The notes below the pieces were generated by a model, which saw only the letters and a list, made by a program, of their open reading frames with translations, searched no databases and had not been told where the DNA came from. A stretch of DNA of 64,000 bases from Eledone cirrhosa (lineage: Eukaryota): NCBI GenBank assembly GCA_964016885.1, contig OZ024741.1:246512001-246576000 (forward strand). The letters are read 5' to 3'. The translations under genes were made by a program, and so were the position numbers. Positions 25,100 to 38,900 of the stretch are shown here, piece by piece. Each line of letters begins with the position of its first letter. Positions within the stretch are counted from its first letter, which is position 1.

Positions 25100-28000
25100 T
25101 TAAAATATTATCTTCCCTTGGCTGGCGGGAAATTATCTCCCCTTGGACGGCTGGAAATTATCTGCCCTTGATTTTCTTTTTACAAATTAACTTCCTCTGA
25201 TTTTTTTTACAAATTATCTCCACCTGATTTTTTTAAAAATTATCTCCCCTTGGAAGGCTGGAAATTATCTCCCCTTGGCTGGAAATTATCTCCCCTTGGA
25301 CGGCTAGAAATTATCTCTCTTTGGACGGCTGGAAATTATCACCCCTTGAGTTTTTTACAAATTATCTCCCCCTGATTTTTTTTACAAATCTCCCAGTGAT
25401 TTTTAAAAAAAAATTATCTTCCCTTCGCTGGCTGGAAATTATCTCCCCTTGGACGCTGGAAATTATAGCCCCTTGGAGGGCTGGAAATTATCTTCCCTTG
25501 GACGGCTGGAAATTATCTCCCCTTGATTTTTTTTACAAATTATCTCCCCCTGATTTTTTTTTACAAATTATCTCCCCCTGATTTTTTTTTACAACTTATC
25601 TGCGCCTGATTTTTTTAAAAAAATTATCTCCCCTTGGACGGCTGGAAATTATCTCCCCTTGGACGGCTGGAAATTATCTCTCCTTGGACGGCTAGAATTT
25701 ACCTCTCCTTGGACGGCTGAAAATTATCTCCCCTTGGACGGCTGGAAATTATCTCCCCTTGATTTTTTTTACAAATTATCTCCCCCTGATTTTTTTTTAC
25801 AAATTATCTCCCCCTGATTTTTTTTTACAAATTATCTCCCCCTGATTTTTTTTTACAAATTATCTCCCCCTGATTTTTTTTACAAATTATCTCCCCCTGA
25901 TTTTTTTTTACAAATTATCTCCCCCTGATTTTTTTTACAAATTATCTCCCCCTGATTTTTTTTTACAAATTATCTCCCCCTGATTTTTTTTTACAAATTA
26001 TCTCCCCCTGATTTTTTTTTACAAATTATCTCCGCCTGATTTTTTTTTAAAAATTACCTCCCCTTGGACGGCTGGAAATTATCTCCCCTTGGACGGCTGG
26101 AAATTATCTCCCCTTGGACGGCTAGAAATTATCTCTCCTTGGACGGCTGAAAATTATCTCCCCTTGGACGGCTGCAAATTATCTCCCCTTGATTTTTTTT
26201 ACAAATTATCTCCCCCTGATTTTTTTTACAAATTATCTCCCCCTGATTTTTTTTACAAATTATCTACCCCTGATTTTTTTTACAAATTATCTCCCCCTGA
26301 TTTTTTTTTACAAATTATCTCCCCCTGATTTTTCTTTTACAAATTATCTCCCCCTGATTTTTCTTTTACAAATTATCTCCCCCTGATTTTTTTACAAAGT
26401 ATCTCCCCCTGATTTTTTTTACAATCTCCGCCTGATTTTTTTAAAAATTATCTTCCCTTGGCTGGCGGGAAATTATCTCCCCTTGGACGGCTGGAAATTA
26501 TCTCCCCTTTGAAGGATGGAAATTATCTCCCCTTGGACGGCTGGAAATTATCTCCCCTTGCACGGCTGGAAATTATCTCCCCTTGGACGGCTAGAAATTA
26601 TCTCTCTTTGGACGGCTGGAAATTATCTCCCTTTGATTTTTTTTACAAATTATCTCCCTCTGATTTTTTTTACAAATCTCCCCCTGATTTTTTAAAAAAA
26701 ATTATCTCCCCTTCGCTGGCTGGAAATTATCTCCCCTTGGACACTGGAAATTATAGCCCCTTGGAGGGCTGGAAATTATCTTCCCTTGGACGGCTGGAAA
26801 TTATCTCCCCCTGATTTTTTTAACAAATTATCTCCGCCTTATTTTTTTTAAAAATTATCTCTCCTTGGACGGCTGGAAATTATCTCCCCTTGATTTTTTT
26901 TACAAATAATCTCCCCCTGATTTTTTTTTACAAATTATCTCCCCCTGATTTTTTTTTACAAATTATCTACCCCTGATTTTTTTTTACAAATTATCTCCCC
27001 CTGATTTTTTACAAATTATCTCCCCCTGATTTTTCTTTTACAAATTATCTCCCCCTGATTTTTTTTACAAATTATCTCCGCCTGATTTTTTTAAATATTA
27101 TCTTCCCTTGGCTGGCGGGAAATTATCTCCCCTTGGACGGCTGGAAATTATCTGCCCTTGATTTTCTTTTTACAAATTATCTTCCACTGATTTTTTTTAC
27201 AAATTATCTCCACCTGATTTTTTAAAAAATTATCTCCCCTTGGAAGGCTGGAAATTATCTCCCCTTGGCTGGAAATTATCTCCCCTTGGACGGCTAGAAA
27301 TTATCTCTCTTTGTACGGCTGGAAATTATCACCCCTTGAGTTTTTTACAAATTATCTCCCCCTGATTTTTTTTACAAATCTCCCAGTGTTTTTTAAAAAA
27401 AATTATCTCCCCTTCGCTGGCTGGAAATTATCTCCCCTTGGACGCTGGAAATTATAGCCCCTTGGAGGGCTGGAAATTATCTTCCCTTGGACGGCTGGAA
27501 ATTATCTCCCCTTGATTTTTTTTACAAATTATCTCCCCCTGATTTTTTTTTACAAATTATCTCCCCCTGATTTTTTTTTACAACTTATCTGCGCCTGATT
27601 TTTTAAAAAAAATTATCTTCCCTTGGACGGCTGGAAATTATCTCCCCTTGGACGGCTGGAAATTATCTCTCCTTGGACGGCTAGAATTTACCTCTCTTTG
27701 GACGGCTGAAAATTATCTCCCCTTGGACGGCTGGAAATTATCTCCCCTTGATTTTTTTTACAAATTATCTCCCCCTGATTTTTTTTTACAAATTATCTCC
27801 CCCTGATTTTTTTTTACAAATTATCTCCCCCTGATTTTTTTTTACAAATTATCTCCCCCTGATTTTTTTTACAAATTATCTCCCCCTGATTTTTTTACAA
27901 ATTATCTCCCCTTGGCTGGTTGGAAATTATCTCCCCTTGGAGGCTGGAACTTATGTCCCCTTGGACGGCTAGAAATTACCTCTCCTTGGACGGCTGGAAA

Positions 28001-31000
28001 ATATGTCTCCTTGGACGGCTGGATATTATCTCCCCTTGGACGGCTGGAAATTATCTCCCCTTGGACGGCTGGAAATTATCTCCCCTTGGATGGCTAGATA
28101 TTACCTCCCCTTGGACGGCTGGAAATTATCTCCCCTTGATTTTTTTTACAAATTATCTCCCCCTGATTTTTTTTTACAAATTATCTCCCCCTGATTTTTT
28201 TTTACAAATTATCTCCCCCTGATTTTTGTTTACAAATTATCTCCGCCTGATTTTTTTTTTAAAATTATCTCCCCTTGGACGGCTGGAAATTATCTCCCCT
28301 TGGACGGCTAGAAATTACCTATCCTTGGACGGCTGAAAATTATCTCCCCTTGGACGGCTGGAAATTATCTCCCCTTGATTTTTTTTACAAATTATCTCCC
28401 CCTGATTTTTTTTACAAATTATCTCCCCCTGATTTTTTTACAAATTATCTCCCCCTGATTTTTTTTTACAAATTATCTCCCCCTGATTTTTTTTACAAAT
28501 TATCTCCCTCTGATTTTTTTACAAATTATCTCCCCTTGGCTGGCTGGAAATTATCTCCCCTTGGACGGCTAGAAATTACCTCTCCTTGGACGGCTGGAAA
28601 ATATGTCTCCTTGGACGGCTGGATATTATCTCCCCTTGGACGGCTGGAAATTATCTCCCCTTGGACGGCTGGAAATTATCTCCCCTTGGACGGATAGATA
28701 TTACCTCCCCTTGGACGGCTGGAAATTATCTCCCCTTGATTTTTTTACAAATTATCTCCCCCTGATTTATTTTACAAATCTCCCAATGATTTTAAAAAAA
28801 AATTATCTCCCCTTCGCTGGCTGGAAATTATCTCCCCTTGGACGCTGGAAATTATAGCCCCTTGGAGGGCTGGAAATTATCTTCCCTTGGACGGCTGGAA
28901 ATTATCTCCCCTTGATTTTTTTTACAAATTATCTCCCCCTGATTTTTTTTACAAATTATCTCCCCCTGATTTTTTTTACAAATTATCTCCCCCTGATTTT
29001 TTTTTACAAATTATCTCCCCCTGATTTTTTTACAAATTATCTCCCCCTGATTTTTTTTACAATCTCCGCCTGATTTTTTTAAAAATTATCTTCCCTTGGC
29101 TGGCTGGAAATTATCTCCCCTTGGACACTGGAAATTATAGCCCCTTGGAGGGCTGGAAATTATCTTCCCTTGGACGGCTGGAAATTATCTCCCCTTGATT
29201 TTTTTTACAAATTATCTCCGCCTGATTTTTTTTACAAATTATCTCCCCCTGATTTTTTTTTACAAATTATCTACCCCTGATTTTTTTTTGCAAATTATCT
29301 CCCCCTGATTTTTTTTACAAATTATCTCCCCCTGATTTTTCTTTTACAAATTATCTCCCCCTGATTTTTTTACAAATTATCTCCCCCTGATTTTTTTTAC
29401 AAATTATCTCCGCCTGATTTTTTTAAATATTATCTTCCCTTGGCTGGCGGGAAATTATCTCCCCTTGGACGGCTGGAAATTATCTCCCCTTGGACGGCTA
29501 GAAATTATCTCTCCTTGGACGGCTGAAAATTATCTCCCCTTGGACGGCTGCAAATTATCTCCCCTTGATTTTTTTTACAAATTATCTCCCCCTGATTTTT
29601 TTTACAAATTATCTCCCCCTGATTTTTTTTACAAATTATCTACCCCTGATTTTTTTTACAAATTATCTCCCCCTGATTTTTTTTTACAAATTATCTCCCC
29701 CTGATTTTTGTTTACAAATTATCTCCGCCTGATTTTTTTTTTAAAATTATCTCCCCTTGGACGGCTGGAAATTATCTCCCCTTGGACGGCTAGAAATTAC
29801 CTCTCCTTGGACGGCTGAAAATTATCTCCCCTTGGACGGCTGGAAATTATCTCCCCTTGATTTTTTTACAAATTATCTCCCCCTGATTTTTTTTTTACAA
29901 ATTATCTCCCCCTGATTTTTTTTTTACAAATTATCTCCCCCTGATTTTTTTTTACAAATTATCTACCCCTGATTTTTTTAACAAATTATCTCCCCCTGAT
30001 TTTTTTTACAAATTATCTCCCCCTGATTTTTTTTTACAAATTATCTCCCCCTAATTTTTTTACAAATTATCTCCCCCTGATTTTTTTTACAAATTATCTC
30101 CGCCTGATTTTTTTAAATATTATCTTCCCTTGGCTGGCGGGAAATTATCTCCCCTTGGACGGCTGAAAATTATCTCCCCTTGGACGGCTGGAAATTATCT
30201 CCCCTTGATTTTTTTTACAAATTATCTCCCCCTGATTTTTTTTTACAAATTATCTCCCCCTGATTTTTTTACAAATTATCTCCCCCTGATTTTTTTTTAC
30301 AAATTATCTCCCCCTGATTTTTTTTACAAATTATCTCCCTCTGATTTTTTTACAAATTATCTCCCCCTGATTTTTTTTACAAATTATCTCCCTCTGATTT
30401 TTTTACAAATTATCTCCCCTTGGCTGGCTGGAAATTATCTCCCCTTGGACGGCTAGAAATTACCTCTCCTTGGACGGCTGGAAAATATGTCTCCTTGGAC
30501 GGCTGGATATTATCTCCCCTTGGACGGCTGGAAATTATCTCCCCTTGGACGGCTGGAAATTATCTCCCCTTGGACGGATAGATATTACCTCCCCTTGGAC
30601 GGCTGGAAATTATCTCCCCTTGATTTTTTTACAAATTATCTCCCCCTGATTTATTTTACAAATCTCCCAATGATTTTAAAAAAAAAATTATCTCCCCTTC
30701 GCTGGCTGGAAATTATCTCCCCTTGGAAGCTGGAAATTATAGCCCCTTGGAGGGCTGGAAATTATCTTCCCTTGGACGGCTGGAAATTATCTCCCCTTGA
30801 TTTTTTTTACAAATTATCTCCCCCTGATTTTTTTTACAAATTATCTCCCCCTGATTTTTTTTACAAATTATCTACCCCTGATTTTTTTTTACAAATTATC
30901 TCCCTCTGATTTTTTTTACAAATTATTTTCCCCTGATTTTTTTACAAATTATCTCCCCTTGGCTGGCTGGAAATTATCTCCCCTTGGAGGCTGGAACTTA

Positions 31001-34000
31001 TGTCCCCTTGGACGGCTAGAAATTACCTCTCCTTGGACGGCTGGAAAATATGTCTCCTTGGACGGCTGGATATTATCTCCCCTTGGACGGCTGGAAATTA
31101 TCTCCCCTTGGACGGTTGGAAATTATCTCCCCTTGGATGGCTAGATATTACCTCCCCTTGGACGGCTGGAAATTATCTCCCCTTGATTTTTTTTACAAAT
31201 TATCTCCCCCTGATTTTTTTTTACAAATTATCTCCCCCTGATTTTTGTTTACAAATTATCTCCGCCTGATTTTTTTTTTAAAATTATCTCCCCTTGGACG
31301 GCTGGAAATTATCTCCCCTTGGACGGCTAGAAATTACCTCTCCTTGGACGGCTGGAAATTATCTCCCCTTGATTTTTTTAAAAATTATCTCCCCCTGATT
31401 TTTTTTTTACAAATTATCTCCCCCTGATTTTTTTTTTACAAATTATCTCCCCCTGATTTTTTTTTACAAATTATCTACCCCTGATTTTTTTAACAAATTA
31501 TCTCCCCCTGATTTTTTTTACAAATTATCTCCCCCTGATTTTTTTTTACAAATTATCTCCCCCTAATTTTTTTACAAATTATCTCCCCCTGATTTTTTTT
31601 ACAAATTATCTCCGCCTGATTTTTTTAAATATTATCTTCCCTTGGCTGGCGGGAAATTATCTCCCCTTGGACGGCTGAAAATTATCTCCCCTTGGACGGC
31701 TGGAAATTATCTCCCCTTGATTTTTTTTACAAATTATCTCCCCCTGATTTTTTTTTACAAATTATCTCCCCCTGATTTTTTTACAAATTATCTCCCCCTG
31801 ATTTTTTTTTACAAATTATCTCCCCCTGATTTTTTTTACAAATTATCTCCCTCTGATTTTTTTACAAATTATCTCCCCCTGATTTTTTTTACAAATTATC
31901 TCCCTCTGATTTTTTTACAAATTATCTCCCCTTGGCTGGCTGGAAATTATCTCCCCTTGGACGGCTAGAAATTACCTCTCCTTGGACGGCTGGAAAATAT
32001 GTCTCCTTGGACGGCTGGATATTATCTCCCCTTGGACGGCTGGAAATTATCTCCCCTTGGACGGCTGGAAATTATCTCCCCTTGGACGGATAGATATTAC
32101 CTCCCCTTGGACGGCTGGAAATTATCTCCCCTTGATTTTTTTACAAATTATCTCCCCCTGATTTATTTTACAAATCTCCCAATGATTTAAAAAAAAAAAT
32201 TATCTCCCCTTCGCTGGCTGGAAATTATCTCCCCTTGGACGCTGGAAATTATAGCCCCTTGGAGGGCTGGAAATTATCTTCCCTTGGACGGCTGGAAATT
32301 ATCTCCCCTTGATTTTTTTTACAAATTATCTCCCCCTGATTTTTTTTACAAATTATCTCCCCCTGATTTTTTTTACAAATTATCTACCCCTGATTTTTTT
32401 TACAAATTATCTCCCCCTGATTTTTTTTTACAAATTATCTCCCCCTGATTTTTTTTTACAAATTATCTCCCCCTGATTTTTTTACAAATTATCTCCCCCT
32501 GATTTTTTTTACAATCTCCGCCTGATTTTTTTAAAAATTATCTTCCCTTGGCTGGCTGGAAATTATCTCCCCTTGGACACTGGAAATTATAGCCCCTTGG
32601 AGGGCTGGAAATTATCTTCCCTTGGACGGCTGGAAATTATCTCCCCTTCGACACTGGAAATTATAGCCCCTTGGAGTGCTGGAAATTATCTTCCCTTGGA
32701 CGGCTGGAAATTATCTCCCCTTGATTTTTTTTACAAATTATCTCCGCCTGATTTTTTTTTACAAATTATCTCCCCCTGATTTTTTTTTACAAATTATCTA
32801 CCCCTGATTTTTTTTTACAAATTATCTCCCCCTGATTTTTTTTACAAATTATCTCCCCCTGATTTTTCTTTTACAAATTATCTCCCCCTGATTTTTTTAC
32901 AAATTATCTCCCCCTGATTTTTTTTACAAATTATCTCCGCCTGATTTTTTTAAATATTATCTTCCCTTGGCTGGCGGGAAATTATCTCCCCTTGGACGGC
33001 TGGAAATTATCTCCCCTTGGACGGCTAGAAATTATCTCTCCTTGGACGGCTGAAAATTATCTCCCCTTGGACGGCTGCAAATTATCTCCCCTTGATTTTT
33101 TTTACAAATTATCTCCCCCTGATTTTTTTTACAAATTATCTCCCCCTGATTTTTTTTACAAATTATCTACCCCTGATTTTTTTTACAAATTATCTCCCCC
33201 TGATTTTTTTTTACAAATTATCTCCCCCTGATTTTTTTTTACAAATTATCTCCCCCTGATTTTTTTTTTACAAATTATCTCCCCCTGATTTTTTTACAAA
33301 TTATCTCCCCCTGATTTTTTTTACAATCTCCGCCTGATTTTTTTAAAAATTATCTTCCCTTGGCTGGCGGGAAATTATCTCCCCTTGGACGGCTGGAAAT
33401 TATCTCCCCTTGGAAGGATGGAAATTATCTCCCCTTGGACGGCTGGAAATTATCTCCCCTTGCACGGCTGGAAATTATCTCCCCTTGGCTGGAAATTATC
33501 TCCCCTTGGACGGCTAGAAATTATCTCTCTTTGGACGGCTGGAAATTATCTCCCTTTGATTTTTTTTACAAATTATCTCCCTCTGATTTTTTTTACAAAT
33601 CTCCCCCTTATTTTTTTAAAAAAATTATCTCCCCTTCGCTGGCTGGAAATTATCTTCCCTTGGACGGCTGGAAATTATCTCACCTTGATTTTTTTTACAA
33701 ATTATCTCCGCCTGATTTTTTTTTTAAATTATCTCTCCTTGGACGGCTGGAAATTATCTCCCCTTGATTTTTTTTACAAATAATCTCCCCCTGATTTTTT
33801 TTTATAAATTATCTTGGACGGCTGGAAATTATCTCCCCTTGGACGGCTAGAAATTACCTCTCCTTGGACGGCTGAAAATTATCTCCCCTTGGACGGCTGG
33901 AAATTATCTCCCCTTGATTTTTTTACAAATTATCTCCCCCTGATTTTTTTTTTACAAATTATCTCCCCCTGATTTTTTTTTACAAATTATCTACCCCTGA

Positions 34001-37000
34001 TTTTTTTTTACAAATTATCTCCCCCTGATTTTTTTTACAAATTATCTACCCCTGATTTTTTTTACAAATTATCTCCCCCTGATTTTTTTTACAAATTATC
34101 TCCCCCTGATTTTTTTTTTACAAATTATCTCCCCCTGATTTTTTTACAAATTATCTCCCCCTGATTTTTTTTACAAATTATCTCCGCCGGATTTTTTTAA
34201 ATATTATCTTCCCTTGGCTTGCGGGAAATTATCTCCCCTTGGACGGCTGAAAATTATCTCCCCTTGGACGGCTGGAAATTATCTCCCCTTGATTTTTTTT
34301 ACAAATTATCTCCCCCTGATTTTTTTTTACAAATTATCTCCCCCTGATTTTTTTTACAAATTATCTCCCCCTGATTTTTTTTTACAAATTATCTCCCCCT
34401 GATTTTTTTTACAAATTATCTCCCCCTGATTTTTTTTACAAATTATCTCCCCCTGATTTTTTTTTACAAATTATCTCCCCCTGATTTTTTTACAAATTAT
34501 CCCCCCCTGATTTTTTTTACAAATTATCTCCGCCTGATTTTTTAAAATATTATCTTCCCTTGGCTGGCGGGAAATTATCTCCCCTTGGACGGCTGGAAAT
34601 TATCTGCCCTTGATTTTCTTTTTACAAATTAACTTCCACTGATTTTTTTTACAAATTATCTCCCCTGATTTTTTTAAAAATTATCTCCCCTTGGAAGGCT
34701 GGAAATTATCTCCCCTTGGCTGGAAATTATCTCCCCTTGGACGGCTAGAAATTATCTCTCTTTGGACGGCTGGAAATTATCACCCCTTGAGTTTTTTACA
34801 AATTATCTCCCCCTGATTTTTTTTACAAATCTCCCAGTGATTTTTAAAAAAAAATTATCTTCCCTTCGCTGGCTGGAAATTATCTCCCCTTGGACGCTGG
34901 AAATTATAGCCCCTTGGAGGGCTGGAAATTATCTTCCCTTGGACGGCTGGAAATTATCTCCCCTTGATTTTTTTTACAAATTATCTCCCCCTGATTTTTT
35001 TTTACAAATTATCTCCCCCTGATTTTTTTTTACAACTTATCTGCGCCTGATTTTTTTAAAAAAATTATCTCTCCTTGGACGGCTGGAAATTATCTACCCT
35101 TGGACGGCTGGAAATTATCTCTCCTTGGACGGCTAGAATTTACCTCTCCTTGGACGGCTGAAAATTATCTCCCCTTGGACGGCTGGAAATTATCTCCCCT
35201 TGATTTTTTTTACAAATTATCTCCCCCTGATTTTTTTTTACAAATTATCTCCCCCTGATTTTTTTTTACAAATTATCTCCCCCTGATTTTTTTTTACAAA
35301 TTATCTCCCCCTGATTTTTTTTACAAATTATCTCCCCCTGATTTTTTTTTACAAATTATCTCCCCCTGATTTTTTTTTACAAATTATCTCCCCCTGATTT
35401 TTTTTTACAAATTATCTCCCCCTGATTTTTTTTTACAAATTATCTCCCCCTGATTTTTTTTACAAATTATCTCCCCCTGATTTTTTTTTACAAATTATCT
35501 CCGCCTGATTTTTTTTTAAAAATTACCTCCCCTTGGACGGCTGGAAATTATCTCCCCTTGGACGGCTGGAAATTATCTCCCCTTGGACGGCTAGAAATTA
35601 TCTCTCCTTGGACGGCTGAAAATTATCTCCCCTTGGACGGCTGCAAATTATCTCCCCTTGATTTTTTTTACAAATTATCTCCCCCTGATTTTTTTTACAA
35701 ATTATCTCCCCCTGATTTTTTTTACAAATTATCTACCCCTGATTTTTTTTACAAATTATCTCCCCCTGATTTTTTTTTACAAATTATCTCCCCCTGATTT
35801 TTTTTTACAAATTATCTCCCCCTGATTTTTCTTTTACAAATTATCTCCCCCTGATTTTTTTACAAAGTATCTCCCCCTGATTTTTTTTACAATCTCCGCC
35901 TGATTTTTTTAAAAATTATCTTCCCTTGGCTGGCGGGAAATTATCTCCCCTTGGACGGCTGGAAATTATCTCCCCTTGGAAGGATGGAAATTATCTCCCC
36001 TTGGACGGCTGGAAATTATCTCCCCTTGCACGGCTGGAAATTATCTCCCCTTGGACGGCTAGAAATTATCTCTCTTTGGACGGCTGGAAATTATCTCCCT
36101 TTGATTTTTTTTACAAATTATCTCCCTCTGATTTTTTTTACAAATCTCCCCCTGATTTTTTAAAAAAAATTATCTCCCCTTCGCTGGCTGGAAATTATCT
36201 CCCCTTGGACACTGGAAATTATAGCCCCTTGGAGGGCTGGAAATTATCTTCCCTTGGACGGCTGGAAATTATCTCCCCCTGATTTTTTTAACAAATTATC
36301 TCCGCCTTATTTTTTTTAAAAATTATCTCTCCTTGGACGGCTGGAAATTATCTCCCCTTGATTTTTTTTACAAATAATCTCCCCCTGATTTTTTTTTACA
36401 AATTATCTCCCCCTGATTTTTTTTTACAAATTATCTACCCCTGATTTTTTTTTACAAATTATCTCCCCCTGATTTTTTACAAATTATCTCCCCCTGATTT
36501 TTCTTTTACAAATTATCTCCCCCTGATTTTTTTTACAAATTATCTCCGCCTGATTTTTTTAAATATTATCTTCCCTTGGCTGGCGGGAAATTATCTCCCC
36601 TTGGACGGCTGGAAATTATCTGCCCTTGATTTTCTTTTTACAAATTATCTTCCACTGATTTTTTTTACAAATTATCTCCACCTGATTTTTTAAAAAATTA
36701 TCTCCCCTTGGAAGGCTGGAAATTATCTCCCCTTGGCTGGAAATTATCTCCCCTTGGACGGCTAGAAATTATCTCTCTTTGTACGGCTGGAAATTATCAC
36801 CCCTTGAGTTTTTTACAAATTATCTCCCCCTGATTTTTTTTACAAATCTCCCAGTGTTTTTTAAAAAAAATTATCTCCCCTTCGCTGGCTGGAAATTATC
36901 TCCCCTTGGACGCTGGAAATTATAGCCCCTTGGAGGGCTGGAAATTATCTTCCCTTGGACGGCTGGAAATTATCTCCCCTTGATTTTTTTTACAAATTAT

Positions 37001-38900
37001 CTCCCCCTGATTTTTTTTTACAAATTATCTCCCCCTGATTTTTTTTTACAACTTATCTGCGCCTGATTTTTTAAAAAAAATTATCTTCCCTTGGACGGCT
37101 GGAAATTATCTCCCCTTGGACGGCTGGAAATTATCTCTCCTTGGACGGCTAGAATTTACCTCTCTTTGGACGGCTGAAAATTATCTCCCCTTGGACGGCT
37201 GGAAATTATCTCCCCTTGATTTTTTTTACAAATTATCTCCCCCTGATTTTTTTTTACAAATTATCTCCCCCTGATTTTTTTTTACAAATTATCTCCCCCT
37301 GATTTTTTTTTACAAATTATCTCCCCCTGATTTTTTTTACAAATTATCTCCCCCTGATTTTTTTACAAATTATCTCCCCTTGGCTGGTTGGAAATTATCT
37401 CCCCTTGGAGGCTGGAACTTATGTCCCCTTGGACGGCTAGAAATTACCTCTCCTTGGACGGCTGGAAAATATGTCTCCTTGGACGGCTGGATATTATCTC
37501 CCCTTGGACGGCTGGAAATTATCTCCCCTTGGACGGCTGGAAATTATCTCCCCTTGGATGGCTAGATATTACCTCCCCTTGGACGGCTGGAAATTATCTC
37601 CCCTTGATTTTTTTTACAAATTATCTCCCCCTGATTTTTTTTTACAAATTATCTCCCCCTGATTTTTTTTTACAAATTATCTCCCCCTGATTTTTGTTTA
37701 CAAATTATCTCCGCCTGATTTTTTTTTTAAAATTATCTCCCCTTGGACGGCTGGAAATTATCTCCCCTTGGACGGCTAGAAATTACCTATCCTTGGACGG
37801 CTGAAAATTATCTCCCCTTGGACGGCTGGAAATTATCTCCCCTTGATTTTTTTTACAAATTATCTCCCCCTGATTTTTTTTACAAATTATCTCCCCCTGA
37901 TTTTTTTACAAATTATCTCCCCCTGATTTTTTTTTACAAATTATCTCCCCCTGATTTTTTTTACAAATTATCTCCCTCTGATTTTTTTACAAATTATCTC
38001 CCCTTGGCTGGCTGGAAATTATCTCCCCTTGGACGGCTAGAAATTACCTCTCCTTGGACGGCTGGAAAATATGTCTCCTTGGACGGCTGGATATTATCTC
38101 CCCTTGGACGGCTGGAAATTATCTCCCCTTGGACGGCTGGAAATTATCTCCCCTTGGACGGATAGATATTACCTCCCCTTGGACGGCTGGAAATTATCTC
38201 CCCTTGATTTTTTTACAAATTATCTCCCCCTGATTTATTTTACAAATCTCCCAATGATTTTAAAAAAAAATTATCTCCCCTTCGCTGGCTGGAAATTATC
38301 TCCCCTTGGACGCTGGAAATTATAGCCCCTTGGAGGGCTGGAAATTATCTTCCCTTGGACGGCTGGAAATTATCTCCCCTTGATTTTTTTTACAAATTAT
38401 CTCCCCCTGATTTTTTTTACAAATTATCTCCCCCTGATTTTTTTTACAAATTATCTCCCCCTGATTTTTTTTTACAAATTATCTCCCCCTGATTTTTTTA
38501 CAAATTATCTCCCTGATTTTTTTAAAAATTATCTTCCCTTGGCTGGCTGGAAATTATCTCCCCTTGGACACTGGAAATTATAGCCCCTTGGAGGGCTGGA
38601 AATTATCTTCCCTTGGACGGCTGGAAATTATCTCCCCTTGATTTTTTTTACAAATTATCTCCGCCTGATTTTTTTTACAAATTATCTCCCCCTGATTTTT
38701 TTTTACAAATTATCTACCCCTGATTTTTTTTTGCAAATTATCTCCCCCTGATTTTTTTTACAAATTATCTCCCCCTGATTTTTCTTTTACAAATTATCTC
38801 CCCCTGATTTTTTTACAAATTATCTCCCCCTGATTTTTTTTACAAATTATCTCCGCCTGATTTTTTTAAATATTATCTTCCCTTGGCTGGCGGGAAATTA
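25100..38900 (+). repeat. Duplicated block of about 4.3 kb (~25.1-29.45 kb vs ~34.55-38.9 kb), offset about 9468 bp
   Basis: Offsets 26089/35558, 26458/35926, 27912/37380, 28275/37743 and 28603/38071. Private markers TTGTACGG, CCCAGTGTTT, CCGCCTTATT and CTTATGTCCCC. Confidence 0.88.
29700..32400 (+). repeat. Local duplication with 1512-bp period
   Basis: ORF pairs 30130/31642 and 30487/31999; private marker CCCTAATTTT at ~30051 and ~31563. Confidence 0.85.
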
